The position numbers and the translations under genes were made by a program. This document shows, piece after piece, positions 12,743 through 26,471 of a DNA stretch of 64,000 nucleotides (position 1 is the first letter of the stretch; the number at the start of each line of letters is the position of its first letter). Below the pieces are notes generated by a model. It ran no database searches and had not been told where the DNA came from. It saw only the letters and a program-made list of their open reading frames with translations. The stretch comes from Phyllobates terribilis (Eukaryota): assembly GCF_046119375.1 (NCBI RefSeq), contig NW_027362771.1, positions 585,032,001 to 585,096,000 on the forward strand, read 5' to 3'.

Positions 12743-15700
12743 CACCTGAGGACACCCCCTGTAAGAATACTAGGGTTATAATACCTGAAAACGCTCCATC
12801 TAAGTACACTAGGGTTACATCACCTGAGGACACCCCCTGTAAGAATACTAGGGTTATAATACCTGAAAACGCCCCATCTAAGTACACTAGGGTTACATCA
12901 CCTGAGGACACCCCCTGTAAGAATACTAGAGTTATAATACCTGAAAATGCCCCATCTAAGTACACTAGGGTTACATCACCTGAGGACACCTCCTGTAAGA
13001 ACACTAGGGTTATAATACCTGAAAACGCCCCATCTAAGTACACTAGGGTTACATCACCTGAGGACACCTCCTGTAAGTACACTAGGGTTATAATACCTGA
13101 AAACGCCCCATCTAAGTACACTAGGGTTACATCACCTGAGGACACCTCCTGTAAGTACACTAGGGTTATAATACCTGAAAACGCCCCATCTAAGTACACT
13201 AGGGTTAGATCACCTGAGGACACCCCCTGTAAGAATACTAGGGTTATAATACCTGAAAACGCCCCATCTAAGTACACTAGGGTTACATCACCTGAGGACA
13301 CCTCCTGTAAGAATACTAGAGTTATAATACCTGAAAATGCCCCATCTAAGTACACTAGGGTTACATCACCTGAGGACACCCCCTGTAAGAACACTAGGGT
13401 TATAATACCTGAAAACGCCCCATCTAAGTACACTAGGGTTACATCACCTGAGGACACCTCCTGTAAGAACACTAGGGTTATAATACCTGAAAACGCCCCA
13501 TCTAAGTACACTAGGGTTACATCACCTGAGGACACCTCCTGTAAGTACACTAGGGTTATAATACCTGAAAACGCCCCATCTAAGTACACTAGGGTTAGAT
13601 CACCTGAGGACACCCCCTGTAAGAATACTAGGGTTATAATACCTGAAAACGCCCCATCTAAGTACACTAGGGTTACATCACCTGAGGACACCCCCTGTAA
13701 GAACACTAGGGTTATAACACCTGAAAACGCCCATCCAAGTACTCTAGGGTTAGATCATCTGAGGACACCTCCTGTAAGAACACTAGGGTTATAATACCTG
13801 AAAACGCCCCATCTAAGTACACTAGGGTTATATCACCTGAGGACACCTCCTGTAAGAACACTAGGGTTATAATACCTGAAAACACCCCATCTAAGTACAC
13901 TAGGGTTACATCACCTGAGGACACCCCCTGTAAGAATACTAGGGTTATAATACCTGAAAACACCCCATCTAAGTACACTAGGGTTACATCACCTGAGGAC
14001 ACCCCCTGTAAGAATACTAGGGTTATAATACCTGAAAACACCCCATCTAAGTACACTAGGGTTACATCACCTGAGGACACCCCCTGTAAGAACACTAGGG
14101 TTATAATACCTGAAAATGCCCCATCTAAGTACACTAGGGTTACATCACCTGAGGACACCCCCTGTAAGAACACTAGGGTTATAATACCTGAAAATGCCCC
14201 ATCTAAGTACACTAGGGTTACATCACCTGAGGACACCCCCTGTAAGAATACTAGGGTTATAACACCTGAAAACGTCCCATCTAAGTACACTAGGGTTACA
14301 TCACCTGAGGACACCCCCTGTAAGTACACTAGGGTTATAACACCTGAAAACGCCCCATCTAAGTACACTAGGGTTAGATCACCTGAGGACACCCCCTGTA
14401 AGTACACTAGGGTTATAACACCTGAAAACACCCCATCTAAGTACACTAGGGTTACATCACCTGAGGACACCCCCTGTAAGAATACTAGGGTTATAATACC
14501 TGAAAACACCCCATCTAAGTACACTAGGGTTACATCACCTGAGGACACCCCCTGTAAGAACACTAGGGTTATAACACCTGAAAACGCCCCATCTAAGTAC
14601 ACTAGGGTTACATCACCTGAGGACACCCCCTGTAAGAATACTAGGGTTATAACACCTGAAAACGCCCCATCTAAGTACACTAGGGTTAGATCACCTGAGG
14701 ACACCCCCTGTAAGTACACTAGGGTTATAATACCTGAAAACACCCCATCTAAGTACACTAGGGTTACATCACCTGAGGACACCCCCTGTAAGAATACTAG
14801 GGTTATAATACCTGAAAACGCCCCATCTAAGTACACTAGGGTTAGATCACCTGAGGACACCCCCTGTAAGTACACTAGGGTTATAATACCTGAAAACACC
14901 CCATCTAAGTACACTAGGGTTACATCACCTGAGGACACCCCCTGTAAGAATACTAGGGTTATAATACCTGAAAACACCCCATCTAAGTACACTAGGGTTA
15001 CATCACCTGAGGACACCCCCTGTAAGAATACTAGGGTTATAACACCTGAAAACGCCCCATCTAAGTACACTAGGGTTACATCACCTGAGGACACCCCCTG
15101 TAAGAATACTAGGGTTATAATACCTGAAAACGCCCCATCTAAGTACACTAGGGTTACATCACCTGAGGACACCCCCTGTAAGTACACTAGGGTTATAACA
15201 CCTGAAAACGCCCCATCTAAGTACACTAGGGTTAGATCACCTGAGGACACCTCCTGTAAGTACACTAGGGTTATAACACCTGAAAACGCCCCATCTGAGT
15301 ACACTAGGGTTAGATCACCTGAGGACACCCCCTGTAAGAACACTAGGGTTATAACACCTGAAAACGCCCCATCTAAGTACACTAGGGTTACATCACCTGA
15401 GGACACCCCCTGTAAGAATACTAGGGTTATAATACCTGAAAACGCCCCATCTAAGTACACTAGGGTTACATCACCTGAGGACACCCCCTGTAAGAATACT
15501 AGGGTTATAATACCTGAAAACACCCCATCTAAGTACACTAGGGTTACATCACGTGAGGACACCCCCTGTAAGAATACTAGGGTTATAACACCTGAAAATG
15601 CCCCATCTAAGTACACTAGGGTTAGATCACCTGAGGACACCCCCTGTAAGAATACTAGGGTTATAACACCTGAAAACGCCCCATCTAAGTACACTAGGGT

Positions 15701-18380
15701 TAGATCACCTGAGGACACCCCCTGTAAGAATACTAGGGTTATAACACCTGAAAATGCCCCATCTAAGTACACTAGGGTTACATCACCTGAGGACACCTCC
15801 TGTAAGTACACTAGGGTTATAATACCTGAAAACGCCCCATCTAAGTACACTAGGGTTACATCACCTGAGGACACCCCCTGTAAGAATACTAGGGTTATAA
15901 CACCTGAAAACGCCCCATCTAAGTACACTAGGGTTAGATCACCTGAGGACACCCCCTGTAAGAACACTAGGGTTATAACACCTGAAAACGCCCCATCTAA
16001 GTACACTAGGGTTACATCACCTGAGGACACCCCCTGTAAGAATACTAGGGTTATAATACCTGAAAATGCCCCATCTAAGTACACTAGGGTTACATCACCT
16101 GAGGACACCCCCTGTAAGAACACTAGGGTTATAATACCTGAAAACAACCCATCTAAGTACACTAGGGTAACATCACCTGAGGACACCCCTTGTAAGAATA
16201 CTAGGGTTATAACACCTGAAAACGCCCCATCTAAGTACACTAGGGTTACATCACCTGAGGACACCTCCTGTAAGAATACTAGGGTTATAATACCTGAAAA
16301 CGCCCCATCTAAGTACACTAGGGTTACATCACCTGAGGACACCCCCTGTAAGAACACTAGGGTTAGATCACCTGAAAACGCCCCATCTAAGTACACTAGG
16401 GTTACATCACCTGAGGACACCCCCTGTAAGAATACTAGGGTTATAACAGGTGAAAACGCCCCATCTAAGTACACTAGGGTTAGATCACCTGAGGACACCC
16501 CCTGTAAGAATACTAGGGTTATAACACCTGAAAACGCCCCATCTAAGTACACTAGGGTTAGATCACCTGAGGACACCTCCTGTAAGTACACTAGGCTTAC
16601 ATCACCTGAGGACACCCCCTGTCAGTACACTAGGGTTATAACACCTGAAAACGCCCCATCTAAGTACACTGGGGTTACATCACCTGAGGACACCCCCTGT
16701 AAGTACACTAGGGTTACATCACCTGAGGACACCCCCTGTAAGTACACTAGGGTGATAACAGCTGAAAAAGTCCCATCTAATTACACTAGGGTTACATCAC
16801 CTGAGGACACCCCCTGTAAGTACACTAGGGTTATAACACCTGAAAACGCCCATCCAAGTACTCTAGGGTTAGATCATCTGAGGACACCTCCTGTAAGTAC
16901 ACTAGGGTTATAACAGGTGAAAACACCCCATCTAAGTACACTAGGGTTAGATCACCTGAGGACACCCCCTGTAAGAACACTAGGGTTATAATACCTGAAA
17001 AAGCCCCATCTAAGTACACTAGGGTTACACCACCTGAGGACACCCCCTGTAAGAATACTAGGGTTATAACAGGTGAAAACGCCCCATATAAGTACACTAG
17101 GGTTAGATCACCTGAGGACACCCCCTGTAAGAACACTAGGGTTATAATACCTGAAAAAGCCCCATCTAAGTACACTAGGGTTACACCACCTGAGGACACC
17201 CCCTGTAAGAATACTAGGGTTATAACACCTGAAAATGCCCCATCTAAGTACACTAGGGTTAGATCACCTGAGGACACCCCCTGTAAGTACACTAGGGTTA
17301 TAACACCTGAAAACGCCCCATCTAAGTACACTGGGGTTACATCACCTGAGGACACCCCCTGTAAGTACACTAGGGTTATAATACCTGAAAACGCCCCATC
17401 TAAGTACACTAGGGTTACATCACCTGAGGACACCCCCTGTAAGAATACTAGGGTTATAACACCTGAAAATGCCCCATCTAAGTACACTAGGGTTAGATCA
17501 CCTGAGGACACCCCCTGTAAGTACACTAGGGTTATAACACCTGAAAACGCCCCATCTAAGTACACTGGGGTTACATCACCTGAGGACACCCCCTGTAAGT
17601 ACACTAGGGTGATAACAGCTGAAAAAGTCCCATCTAATTACACTAGGGTTACATCACCTGAGGACACCTCCTGTAAGAACAATAGGGTTATAACACCTGA
17701 AAACGCCCCATCTAAGTACACTGGGGTTACATCACCTGAGGACACCCCCTGTAAGTACACTAGGGTGATAACACCTGAAAACGCCCCATCTAAGTACACT
17801 AGGGTTACATCACCTGAGGACACCCCCTGTAAGAACACTAGGGTTATAACAGGTGAAAACGCCCCATCTAAGTACACTAGGGTTACATCACCTGAGGACA
17901 CCCCCTGTAAGAACACTAGGGTTATAACAGGTGAAAACGCCCCATCTAAGTACACTAGGGTTACATCACCTGAGGACACCCCCTGTAAGAATACTAGGGT
18001 TATAATACCTGAAAACACCCCATCTAAGTACACTAGGGTTACATCACCTGAGGACACCCCCTGTAAGAATACTAGGGTTATAACAGGTGAAAACGCCCCA
18101 TCTAAGTACACTAGGGTTAGATCACCTGAGGACACCTCCTGTAAGAATACTAGGGTTATAATACCTGAAAACGCCCCATCTAAGTACACTAGGGTTACAT
18201 CACCTGAGGACACCCCCTGTAAGAATACTAGGGTTATAACAGGTGAAAACGCCCCATCTAAGTACACTAGGGTTAGATCACCTGAGGACACCCCCTGTAA
18301 GAATACTAGGGTTATAACAGGTGAAAACGCCCCATCTAAGTACACTAGGGTAACATCACCTGAATACGCCGCTTCTAGGT
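12743..18380. repeat. Satellite of 39-bp monomers arranged as a 78-bp dimeric higher-order repeat (~145 monomers)
   Basis: Monomer A tagggttacatcacctgaggacaccccctgtaagaatac alternates with monomer B tagggttataatacctgaaaacgccccatctaagtacac. The ORF track shows a 26-aa period. Confidence 0.97.
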
Positions 18381-19745
18381 TGTGACGGCGGTGGGTGTTG
18401 ACCCACTGTGACACTGCACTAGCTTACCCTGGAGGGGCATGACTAAGTGGCTACCCAGTTTCCGCTAGAGCCTCTGATGGTGAGGATAGGCTTGGGTCAT
18501 TAGGGTAGCCACAAGGTGCCACTCCAGGGCAGAGCCCAGACCTTCAGCAATTTCCCAACGGGTCAAGTCAGAGATACCTAACCTGAAGATGCCGCCTCAA
18601 AGTACACTAGGGCTAGAACATCTGAGGACGCCCCCTCTAAGTACACTAGTGTTAGATCACCTGAAGATGCCCCCTCTAAGTACACAAGGGTTAAATCAAC
18701 TGAAGATGCCCCCTCTAAGTACACAAGGGTTAGATCACCTGAAAACGCCCCCTCTAAGTACACAAGGGTTAAATCAACTGAAGACGCCCCCTCTAAGTAC
18801 ACAAGGGTTAGATCACCTGAAGACGCCCCCTCTAAGTACACAAGGGTTAGATCACCTGAAAACGCCCCCTCTAAGTACACAAGGGTTAAATCAACTGAAG
18901 ACGCCCCCTCTAAGTACACAAGGGTTAGATCACCTGAAGACGCCCCCTCTAAGTACACTAGGGTAACATCACCTGAATACGCCGCTTCTAGGTTGTGACG
19001 GCGGTGGGTGTTGACCCACTGTGACACTGCACTAGCTTACCCTGGAGGGGCATGACTAAGTGGCTACCCAGTTTCCGCTAGAGCCTCTGATGGTGAGGAT
19101 AGGCTTGGGTCATTAGGGTAGCCACAAGGTGCCACTCCAGGGCAGAGCCCAGACCTTCAGCAATTTCCCAACGGGTCAAGTCAGAGATACCTAACCTGAA
19201 GATGCCGCCTCAAAGTACACTAGGGCTAGAACATCTGAGGACGCCCCCTCTAAGTACACTAGTGTTAGATCACCTGAAGATGCCCCCTCTAAGTACACAA
19301 GGGTTAAATCAACTGAAGATGCCCCCTCTAAGTACACAAGGGTTAGATCACCTGAAAACGCCCCCTCTAAGTACACAAGGGTTAAATCAACTGAAGATGC
19401 CCCCTCTAAGTACACAAGGGTTAGATCACCTGAAGACGCCCCCTCTAAGTACACAAGGGTTAAATCAACTGAAGATGCCCCCTCTAAGTACACAAGGGTT
19501 AAATCAACTGAAGACGCCCCCTCTAAGTACACAAGGGTTAGATCACCTGAAGACGCCCCCTCTAAGTACACAAGGGTTAGATCACCTGAAAACGCCCCCT
19601 CTAAGTACACAAGGGTTAAATCAACTGAAGACGCCCCCTCTAAGTACACAAGGGTTAGATCACCTGAAGATGCCCCCTCTAAGTACTCTAAGGTTAGGTC
19701 AAGTGAGGACGCCCCCTCTAAGTACACTAGAGTTAGATCACCTCA
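18349..19745. repeat. 613-bp tandem duplication of a ~210-bp unique insert plus variant 39-bp monomers
   Basis: The segment tgtgacggcggtgggtgttg...cagagatacc occurs at ~18383 and ~18996 (offset 613). It is followed by 39-bp variants cctctaagtacacaagggttagatcacctgaagacgccc. Confidence 0.9.
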
Positions 19746-19917
19746 GGCTGACTAAGGGTAAATGATTATAACTAGTGGTGCTATAATTAGATTATATATT
19801 AAGGTTAATTATATTGTGTATTGGAAGTAGGAATTTTAATATACCCTAACTGGATCTTATATGAGCTGTGATATTGCCAGTTTTCAGCATTATATAATTG
19901 AGTTGCAACCACACATA

Positions 19918-21541
19918 CAGTACAGACCAAAAGTTTGGACACACCTTTAAAGATTTTTCTGTATTTTCATGACTATGAAAATTGTACACTCACACTGAAG
20001 GCATCAAAACTATGAATTAACACATGTGGAATTATATACTTAACAAAAAAGTGTGAAACAACTGAAAATATGTCTTATATTCTAGGTTCTTCAAAGTAGC
20101 CACCTTTTGCTTTGATGACTGCTTTGCACACTCTTGGCATTCTCTTGATGAGCTTCAAGAGGTAGTCACCGGAAATGGTTTTCACTTCACAGGTGAGCCC
20201 TGTCAGGTTTAATAAGTGGGATTTCTTGCCTTATAAATGGGGTTGGGACCATTAGTTGTGTTGTGCAGAAGTCTGGTTGATACACAGCTGATAGTCCTAC
20301 TGAATAGACTGTTAGAATTTGTATTATGGCAAGAAAAAAGCAGCTAAGTAAAGAAAAACGAGTGGCCATCATTACTTTAAGAAATGAAGGTCAGTCAGTC
20401 CGAAAAATTGGGAAAACTTTGAAAGTGTCCCCAAGTGCAGTTGCAAAAACCATCAAGCGCTACAAAGAAACTGGCTCACATGAAGACCGCCCCAAGAAAG
20501 GAAGACCAAGAGTCACCTCTGCTTCTGAGGATAAGTTTATCCGAGTCACCAGCCTCAGAAATCGCAGGTTAACAGCAGCTCAGATTAGAGACCAGGTCAA
20601 TGCCACACAGAGTTCTAGCAGCAGACACATCTCTTCAACAACTGTTAAGAGGAGACTTTGTGCAGCAGGCCTTCATGGTAAAATAGCTGCTAGGAAACCA
20701 CTGCTAAGGACAGGCAACAAGCAGAAGAGACTTGTTTGGGCTAAAGAACACAAGGAATGGACATTAGACCAGTGGAAATCTGTGCTTTGGTCTGATGAGT
20801 CCAAATTTGAGATCTTTGGTTCCAACCACCGTGTCTTTGTGCGACGCAGAAAAGGTGAACGGATGGACTCTACATGCCTGGTTCCCACCGTGAAGCATGG
20901 AGGAGGAGGTGTGATGGTGTGGGGGGGCTTTGCTGGTGACACTGTTGGGGATTTATTCAAAATTGAAGGCATACTGAACCAGCATGGCTACCACAGCATC
21001 TTGCAGCGGCATGCTATTCCATCCGGTTTGCGTTTAGTTGGACCATCATTTATTTTTCAACAGGACAATGACCCCAAACAAACCTCCAGGCTGTGTAAGG
21101 GCTATTTGACCAAGCAGGAGAGTGATGGGGTGCTACGCCAGATGACCTGGCCTCCACAGTCACCAGACCTGAACCCAATCGAGATGGTTTGGGGTGAGCT
21201 GGACCGCAGAGTGAAGGCAAAAGGGCCAACAAGTGCTAAGCATCTCTGGGAACTCCTTCAAGATTGTTGGAAGACCATTTCCGGTGACTACCTCTTGAAG
21301 CTCATCAAGAGAATGCCAAGAGTGTGCAAAGCAGTCATCAAAGCAAAAGGTGGCTACTTTGAAGAACCTAGAATATAAGACATATTTTCAGTTGTTTCAC
21401 ACTTTTTTGTTAAGTATATAATTCCACATGTGTTAATTCATAGTTTTGATGCCTTCAGTGTGAATGTACAATTTTCATAGTCATGAAAATACAGAAAAAT
21501 CTTTAAATGAGAAGGTGTGTCCAAACTTTTGGTCTGTACTG
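19918..21541 (+). mobile_element. Full-length Tc1-like transposon, DD38E (Intruder-type)
   Basis: TA TSDs at 19916-17 and 21542-43. ~265-bp TIRs (19918-20179 and 21274-21541) start CAGTACAGACCAAAAGTTTGGACACACC. They differ by one 6-bp indel and very few substitutions. Confidence 0.95.
20326..21378 (+). CDS. Tc1-family transposase, 350 aa, uninterrupted, DD38E
   Basis: Paired-like HTH with GRPR, plus WSDE, VKHGGG-WG, QQDND and SPDLNPIE motifs. There are 38 residues between the second catalytic D and the E (counted). Confidence 0.93.
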   Translation: MARKKQLSKEKRVAIITLRNEGQSVRKIGKTLKVSPSAVAKTIKRYKETGSHEDRPKKGRPRVTSASEDKFIRVTSLRNRRLTAAQIRDQVNATQSSSSRHISSTTVKRRLCAAGLHGKIAARKPLLRTGNKQKRLVWAKEHKEWTLDQWKSVLWSDESKFEIFGSNHRVFVRRRKGERMDSTCLVPTVKHGGGGVMVWGGFAGDTVGDLFKIEGILNQHGYHSILQRHAIPSGLRLVGPSFIFQQDNDPKQTSRLCKGYLTKQESDGVLRQMTWPPQSPDLNPIEMVWGELDRRVKAKGPTSAKHLWELLQDCWKTISGDYLLKLIKRMPRVCKAVIKAKGGYFEEPRI

Positions 21542-22668
21542 TATATCTGAGTGTTGTTAAAAAGTGGATTGACCATATAACACCCAGATTTAAGAGGAGC
21601 AGCCGGTATGACTACTGCAAGTCCTGCTGCTAATGTCGGGTGGGCTGCGGTTAGCAGAGTAGATCAGCTGCTGTCAGCGCCTGCACAGCTAATGATGGTG
21701 TTCAGGCGGGTGGAAAGGAATTATTGCTTTAATACAGGCTGCACTACTTAAATCTGGGTGTTATATGGTCAATCCACTTTTTACGAAAATTCAGATATGC
21801 ATGTGCTTGTAACTCAGTTATATAATTCTGCAAAATGGCAACATCACAGCTCATACTAGATCCAGTTAGGAAATAATGCCACATATTTTTGCCTAATTAA
21901 TTATATACATACATATACCATATGTACGTATTCACAACCAGTGGCATAACTAAAGTCCCATGGGCCCCGATGCAAACGTTGAACCTGGGCCCCCATCTCC
22001 ATATTGATCATATGTAAGGGCCATTGTAGAGTTCTAGATCCTATAAAGACATACAGGTGCATCTCACTGAATTAGAATACCATAAAAAAAAGTTAATTTA
22101 TTTCAGTTCTTCAATACAAAAAGTGAAACTCATATATTATATAGAGTCATTACAGACAGAGTGATCTATTAAGCATTTAAAAAGGTGCCTTAGGCTGTTT
22201 CAGTAGGCTCCACAATCATTGGGAAGACTGCTGACTGAAATAAACTGAACGTTTTGATGATATTCTAATTTAGTGAGATGCACCTGTAGATGTAATAATG
22301 TTCCCCATCCTGTCCCTTTTTTGTAATAAGGTCCCCAGTCCTGGCCTCATTCTGTAATAATGTCCCCAGTCCTGGCCCTCATCTTGTTATTATGTCTCTC
22401 ATCCCAGAATCCCCTTCTTGTTATAATATACCCTATCCTTGGCCTCTTCCAGATATAATGTCCCCCATCCTGGGCATTTTCCTGGTATAATGTTCCCCTA
22501 CCTGGTATAATTTCCTCCATTCTGGACCATTCCTGTAACAATGTCCCCCATTCTGGACCCTTCCTGTAACAATGTTCCCCTTCCTGGTATAATGTGCCTC
22601 ATCATGGGCCCCCATCCTATAATAATGTCCGCCATCCTGGACTCCATTCTGGTATAATGACACCTATC

Positions 22669-23360
22669 TGTTATGAATGTGTTCACACTCACACCAGGGA
22701 AACGCCACAACTACACTCCACTGGTCCCTGTACAGACTAGAAAGGCCCTACCCGCAGAACTAAAGAACACCACCTCATACCTGGCTCCCTAAAAGGTCAT
22801 CAAGGGGTTTCTCGTACCTCCTGAGGAACCAGAGGGGAGGTGGCAAAACACTACCGATAAGGGGAAAGGAAAGCGTGAGGAGAAATAAGAGAACCCAAGG
22901 TGAGAAACTAAGACACATTCAAATAAGGTGGAGGGATGAAGGTTAAAGAGTACCAAAAATAAAAGGAACAAGAAAGACCTCCCAAAAACCTAACAGTGGT
23001 AAAAGGAAAAGGTGCTGGGAGGGAAAGAAAACCAACTTGCAGCAAGAATGCAACTGGAGTTTACCCAGCAAGGTAAACCCATAAGATAAAGATCAAGAAC
23101 TATACATCCACCAGGAAATATAGCCAGCAAGGAAGTGCAGAGAAGGGATACTATATAAAGCCCCACCCAGAACATGATAGGGCAAACCAAAATGGGAATA
23201 TCGAAAACACTTGGAAGGGAGCAAACCAAGAAGGGAGAATAAGGACAAAGGAAGAATCAGCATTTGGACAGGGAAAGAAAAGAGCCTTCGCTCAACAGGC
23301 AGAAGAACCAACCACGAAGTAACAGGTCACTGGATCGAATCCCCAAACTGAGCCATGACA
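22669..23360. mobile_element. Probable solo LTR (692 bp) inserted in a degenerate ~22-bp repeat tract
   Basis: Starts TGTTATG and ends CATGACA (imperfect inverted termini). Flanked by ctatc / ccatc (5-bp TSD with one mismatch). It interrupts the ggtataatgacccccatcctggg tract spanning ~22290-23570. Confidence 0.55.
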
Positions 23361-24374
23361 CCATCCTGGGTGTCTTCCTAGTATAATGACCCCCATTCTG
23401 GTATATTGACCCACATCCTGGGCCTCTTCCTTGTATAATGACCCTCATTCTGGACCCCATTCTGGTATAATGCCCCCAATCCTGGGCCCCTTCTTTGTAT
23501 GATGTCCTCAATTCTGGGCCCCTTCTTTGCGTAATGACCCCCATCCTGGGCCCCTTCCTGATATAATGTCAGTTCTGTTTTCCAAACATAAAAAAAAAAG
23601 ATTATTTTTATGTTCCTCCCCTCCCACGACGTACAGCATCCTCTTCTGTAGCTGACTTCATTGTAGCGGCAGGGTCAGCGTATGACGTCGCTGCCATGCG
23701 CCGCTCGTGACTGGCACGCCAACGTCAGCTGCTGGCCTCTGATTGGCCGGCGGTGTGTATTTCAGCACTGGGAGCCGGTGGGTCCCTACGCTGCAATACA
23801 CTTCAGCTGAATGTGTGTCCTCGGATGCAGATCCAGCTGATGTAGGCGCCGGTGTCAGTGGCATAGGCGGATTATAATGAGGGCAATCTGGGCTACTGCC
23901 CAGGGCCCCGAACCTCCAGGGGGCCCGGGGCTCCGGGGTGTCTATGGCCAGATTGCCCTCATTATATGTGCGGCGCCGTGGCAAATACCGGTAGACAGTG
24001 GCGGGGGGGCCCGGACCGCTCCCCCAGCAGCGGCGCACGGCCGCTGCTTCTTCTTTGGCCAGGCCAGCACTGCAGCAGTTAATTTCCCTGTGCTTGCCTG
24101 GCCGCGTCACTGCTAGGAGACACGTCTCTGTGCGCGGCCGTGTTTCCTAGCTGTGACGTCACACGCAGTGCTGCACCAGAAAAGAGCAGGAGGACTGGAG
24201 CCGAGCGATGGTGAGTGTGTGTGTGTCTGTGTGTGTATGTATGTGTGTGTATGTGTTTGTGTGTGTGCAGGCAGATATCATTGTGTGATGTCTGTTTATA
24301 TGTATTTTTGTGTTTCAAATGTGTTTATGCGTGTATGTATATGTCTGTATATGTTTGTGTACGTGCGTGACTGC

Positions 24375-25495
24375 GTGCGGCCTCCTGCTGAGTATAGATG
24401 GCGCCGTGCGGCCTCCTGCTGTCTCTGGGGGGGCGCCGTGTGGCCTCCCCCTGTGTATAGATGGCGCCGTGCGGCCTCCTGCTGTGTATAGATGGCGCCG
24501 TGCGGCCTCTCGCTGTGTATAGATGGCGCCGTGCGGCCTCCCGCTGTGTATAGATGGCGCCGTGCGGCCTCCCGCTGTGTATAGATGGATACGTGCGGCC
24601 TCCCGTTGTGTATAGATGGCGCCGTGCGACCTCCCGCTGTGTATAGCTGGCGCCATGCGGCCTCCCGCTGTGTATAGATGGCTACGTGTGGCCTCCCGCT
24701 GTGTATAGATGGTGCCGTGCGGCCTCCCGCTGTGTATAGATGGTGCCGTGCGGCCTCCCGCTGTGTATAGATGGTGCCGTGCGGCCTCCCGCTGTGTATA
24801 GATGGCGCCGTGCGGCCTCTCGCTGTGTATACATGGCGCCATGCGGCCTCCCGCTGTGTATAGATGGCTAAATGCGGCCTCTCGCTGTGTATAGATGGCG
24901 CCGTGCGGCCTCCCGCTGTGTATAGATGGCGCCATGCGGCCTCCCGCTGTGTATAGATGGCGCCGTGCGGCCTTCCGCTGTGTATAGATGGCGCCGTGCG
25001 CCCTCCCGCTGTGTATAGATGGCGCCGTGCGGCCTCCCGCTGTGTATAGATGGCCACGTGCGGCCTCCTGCTGTGTATAGATGGCTACGTGCGGCCTCCT
25101 GTTGTGTATAGATGGCTACGTGAGGCCTCCTGCTGTGTATAGATGGCTACATGCGGCCTCCTGCTGTGTATAGATGGCTACGTGCGGCCTCCTGCTGTGT
25201 ATAGATGGCTACGTGAGGCATCCTGCTGTGTATAGATGGCTACGTGCGGCCTCCTGCAGTGTATAGATGGCTATGTGCGGCCTGCTGCTATGCATAGATG
25301 GCTACGTGCGGCCTCCTGCTGTGTATAGATGGCTACGTGAGGCCTCCTGCTGTGTATAGATGGCTACGTGCGGCCTCCTGCTGTGTATAGATGGCTACGT
25401 GCGGCCTCCTGCTATGCATAGATGGCTACGTGCGGCCTCCTGTTGTGTATAGATGGCTACGTGTGGCCTCCTGCTGTGTATAGACGGCTACGTGT
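24375..25495. repeat. 31-bp tandem array, ~36 units, two subtypes in blocks
   Basis: gctgtgtatagatggcgccgtgcggcctccc up to ~25050, then ...gatggctacgtgcggcctcct. Confidence 0.95.
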
Positions 25496-26434
25496 GCTCA
25501 ATATTGAGTCATACAATTAATGTAAGGCTATGTGCCCACGATGCAGAAATGCTCTGGATTTTTTTTGAGCGTTTCTGCATCTCCCTGGCAGAAAAAACGC
25601 ATGCGGATTGTACATGCGTTTTTCCTGCCAGGGACTTGCAGATGTGAAGCGTTCTTCACTTGCATTTCCGCATGCGGGTTGACAAGCGATTTTAGCATCA
25701 CTTGGAAAGTGCTTGACAACTTGGTCACACTATATAAATCCATGCAACCGGCATGGATTTATATAGTGTGACCGTAAAAGAATGGTAAAAAATAAATATA
25801 TAATTACCTTCTGATGGGCTTCCGACGTCAGCGGTCGCGTGACCCGTCACATGACTAAATGACGTCACGGCAGGTCCTTTTCAGACCATCGCGAGCTGCC
25901 GGCAAGCCAGGACGCATCGGATAAAGACACCGGGGGCCATCAGAAGGTAAGTATATTTATTTTTTATTTTATTCTTTTTTTACAGGTTCTATGGTACCCG
26001 GGTCCGGAGGAGAGTCTCCTGTCCTCCACACCCGGGTACCATCCGCACATTGAAACGCATGGATTCTGCATGTACAGATCCAGTGATGCGGATTACATGC
26101 GTTCCAATGCAAGTCAATGGTGGCGAAAGCGCAGCGCTTCCGCAAAATAATTGGTAATGCTGCGGATTTTTCCGCAATGATAATCCGCAGCGGAAATTTC
26201 CGCAGCATGTGCACAGCACATGCGGATTATCATTGGGGAACATGGCAGACCTTCTACCAAGCGTTTTTTAAGCATTTCTGCAGCGGAATTGCCGCTGCGG
26301 AAAAGCTTAAAAAACGCATAGTGGGCACACAGCCTAAAAAAAAATATTATAATTAATATTGTGCCAAATTAATTTCACGTGAACTATCACATGATCTATC
26401 ACAGGGGATCATGTGACATGTCACGTGATACATC

Positions 26435-26471
<37 letters not shown>

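Noticed and set aside
12702-19765. Very long repeat ORFs (up to 967 aa, VTLVYLDGAFSG...; opposite strand TRVTSPEDTPCKN...)
   Set aside because: The 39-bp unit is a multiple of 3 and stop-free on both strands, so open frames are expected. There is no unique domain, start context or splice support, and homogeneity is at the DNA level.
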